From Alphaproteobacteria bacterium (lineage in GTDB: Bacteria > Pseudomonadota > Alphaproteobacteria > UBA828), in NCBI GenBank assembly GCA_965221125.1, contig CBDCRW010000001.1, positions 38,230 through 102,229 on the forward strand: a stretch of DNA of 64,000 nucleotides, given 5' to 3'. This document shows, piece after piece, positions 59,194-64,000 of this stretch. Every line of letters starts with the position of its first letter. Position 1 is the first letter of the stretch. Below the pieces are notes generated by a model. It saw only the letters and a list, made by a program, of their open reading frames with translations. It did no database searches and was not told where the DNA came from. The position numbers and the translations under genes are program-made.

Positions 59194-59249
59194 GGCGTTC
59201 CCTCCGAGCCACGGAGACTAGGGAGACGCCGCGCACCGGGCCACCCGAT

Positions 59250-59443
59250 TGTTGCGGTGGCTCACGACGTGGGGTATCGGATCGTCAGCTTGAGGAAGAC
59301 CGATGAACGAGAACGAGCGATCTGCGACCGACGATTTCGACCCCGATGACGCGCCGGACCTGTCCCGGGATGGGTGGCCCGAGAAGTTCGCCAAGGCGAA
59401 GGTTCAACGCGGTTGGCGGAAGCCGATCGACGAGGAAAGCTGA
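59250..59443 (+). pseudogene. Remnant BrnT/BrnA toxin-antitoxin module
   Basis: YRIVSLRKTDERE (BrnT C-terminus-like) overlaps a 46-aa ORF 59303-59443 with DPDDAPDL...KVQRG (BrnA N-terminus-like). Confidence 0.65.
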
Positions 59444-59446
59444 CGC

Positions 59447-60243
59447 TCAGCCCGAGGGCGTGACCGTCACGCCGTGATTGACCGGGCCGTGGCCCGCGCC
59501 GTAACCGGGCGCGGCCTCGATCGCCGCGCGCAGGTAGCGCCGGGCCCGTGAGACCGCGTCGACCAGCGGCAGGCCCTGCGCGATGCCCGTGGCGATGGCG
59601 GATGCCAGCGTGCAGCCGGTGCCGTGGGTGTGGCGGCTCTCGATCCTTTTCGCCTGGAAGCGCTCGATGCCGCCGGGGTGGCTCAGCAGGTCGGTGATCT
59701 CGTCCGAGGCTAGGTGGCCGCCCTTGACGAGGACCGCCCTGGGCCCGAGCCGGTGAATCTGCTCGGCCGCGCGGGCCATGTCGTCGACGGTGGAGATGGT
59801 GAGGCCGGTGAGCCGCTCGGCTTCCGGGATGTTGGGGGTCGCGAGGTCGGCCCGGCCGATGAGCCGGGTGGCGAGCGCGCGCATGGCCGATGGCTCCAGC
59901 AGCGAGGCCCCGCCCTTGGCCACGAGAACGGGATCGACCACGAGCGGGACGCCGGCGGCGTAACGCTCTGCGGCCTTCGCGACCGCCTCGATGATCGGCA
60001 CGCTGTGGATCATCCCGGTCTTGATGCAGTCGGCGCCGATGTCGGCGAGGACCACGCGCATCTGCTCGGCCACGAATTCCGCCGGCACGGGATGGACGCC
60101 GTGCACGGTGCGCGTGTCCTGGGCGGTGAGCGCCGTGATCGCGGTCGCAGCAAAGCCGCCGAGCGCCGTCACGGTCTTGATGTCGGCCTGGATGCCGGCG
60201 CCGCCGCCCGAATCGGAGCCGGCGGCGATGAGCACGCGGCCCT

Positions 60244-60247
<4 letters not shown>
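59447..60247 (-). CDS. thiD: Hydroxymethylpyrimidine/phosphomethylpyrimidine kinase
   Basis: [23 protein letters not shown] and HTHGTGCT motifs. Confidence 0.97.
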
Positions 60248-61649
<1,402 letters not shown>

Positions 61650-61653
<4 letters not shown>

Positions 61654-62759
61654 CGGGGGGCCTCCGATGTTTCCGGATCGCGAATGCCGCGCCAGATCGC
61701 GAGCGCCTGGCGGGTCTCGGCGACGTCGTGCACGCGCAGGATGTGCGCGCCCTCGCCGAGCGCGTGGAGGCCGGCGGCGAGCGAGCCCGGCAGCCGCGCC
61801 TTGGGCGCTTCGCCTGTGCTGAGGCGGCCGATGAAGCTCTTGCGCGAGGCGCCGACGAGCAGCGGGCAGCCGAGGCCGTGGAACAGCGCGAGGTCGCGCA
61901 GGACTTCGAGGTTGTGCCGCGCGGTCTTGCCGAAGCCGATGCCGGGATCGACGACGATCCGCGCCCGCGGGATGCCGGCGGCCTCCGCAGCGTCCACGCG
62001 CTGGGCCAGCGCGTCGAACACGTCGAGGCTCGCGTCGTCGTAGCGGGGGCGCCGCTGCATCGTCTCGGGCGTGCCCTGCATGTGGGCGAGCACGACCCAT
62101 GCGCCGCGCCGCGCGACGACCGCGCGTGCTTCCGGGTCGTGGCCGAGCGCGCTCATGTCGTTCACGATGCGCGCACCTGCGTCGAGCGCGGCCGCCATCA
62201 CCGCAGCGCGGCGGGTGTCGACCGAGACCAGGAGCCCGTCGCCGGCGAGCGCGCGGATCACGGGAACGACGCGCCGCATCTCTTCCGCCTCGTCCGGCGC
62301 GTGCGAGCCGGGCCGGGTCGATTCGCCGCCGACGTCGATGATGTCCGCGCCGGCTTCGGCCATGGCGCAGCCATGGGCGATGGCGTTGTCTTGCACGGCG
62401 AAGTCGCCGCCGTCCGAAAAGCTGTCCGGGGTCACGTTGAGGACGCCCATCAGGCGCGGCCGGTCGAGCGCGAGGCCGCAGAGGGGGCCGCGCGGCGCGC
62501 CGAGGCGGTCGCCGAGGCGGGCGATCTCGTGCGCCGCGCCGGGGGCGTTCTTCTCGGCCCAGCGGTGGAGCACGGCGTGCTGCAGCCGCACCCGGCGCCG
62601 CGCGGGCGTGCCGCGAAACAGCAGGTCCACGAGGTCGAAGGCGAGGGCTGCGCCGGGGACCGGGTTGCAGGGCCTGAGGTAGACGCCGCCGGGGACGGGC
62701 TCCGGCGGGATCGCCTCGGCGTCCAGGGTCGCCGGCTGCGTCTGGGGTGCCGCCGTCAT
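61650..62759 (-). CDS. folP: Dihydropteroate synthase
   Basis: [31 protein letters not shown] and SRKSFIG motifs. Confidence 0.97.
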
Positions 62760-62775
62760 GACGGCTCGGGTGCGG

Positions 62776-64000
<1,225 letters not shown>

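Overview
High-GC chromosomal window, probably alphaproteobacterial (inferred from gene order and repeat types). Core blocks: yggS, moeA-moaC-trpC-trpD, rlmN, def, argJ-mutT, thiD-glmM-folP-ftsH, tRNA-Ser(GCT) and tRNA-Pro(CGG). These are interleaved with catabolic and transport genes: two molybdenum hydroxylase clusters, a BMP-type ABC importer, a dimethylformamidase-like enzyme, an Mct-like CoA transferase and an RND pump. Most notable: (1) a low-GC island with a DNA methyltransferase and a reconstructable 464-aa endonuclease (AlwI-like N-terminus, NucS-like C-terminus) broken by two independent insertions of one IS1380-family element; (2) an 11-bp-phased array of DnaA-box-like motifs after argE, plus a CtrA-like box and a GANTC cluster at the start of argE; (3) an orphan wzt beside a GT2 glycosyltransferase with 20 heptads that are about 46% Arg/Lys and contain no acidic residue; (4) a four-copy family of about 150-bp palindromic repeats at gene ends; (5) an NCS2 permease fused to a degenerate RsbW-like domain. 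All calls come from motif recognition by eye; no database searches were run.
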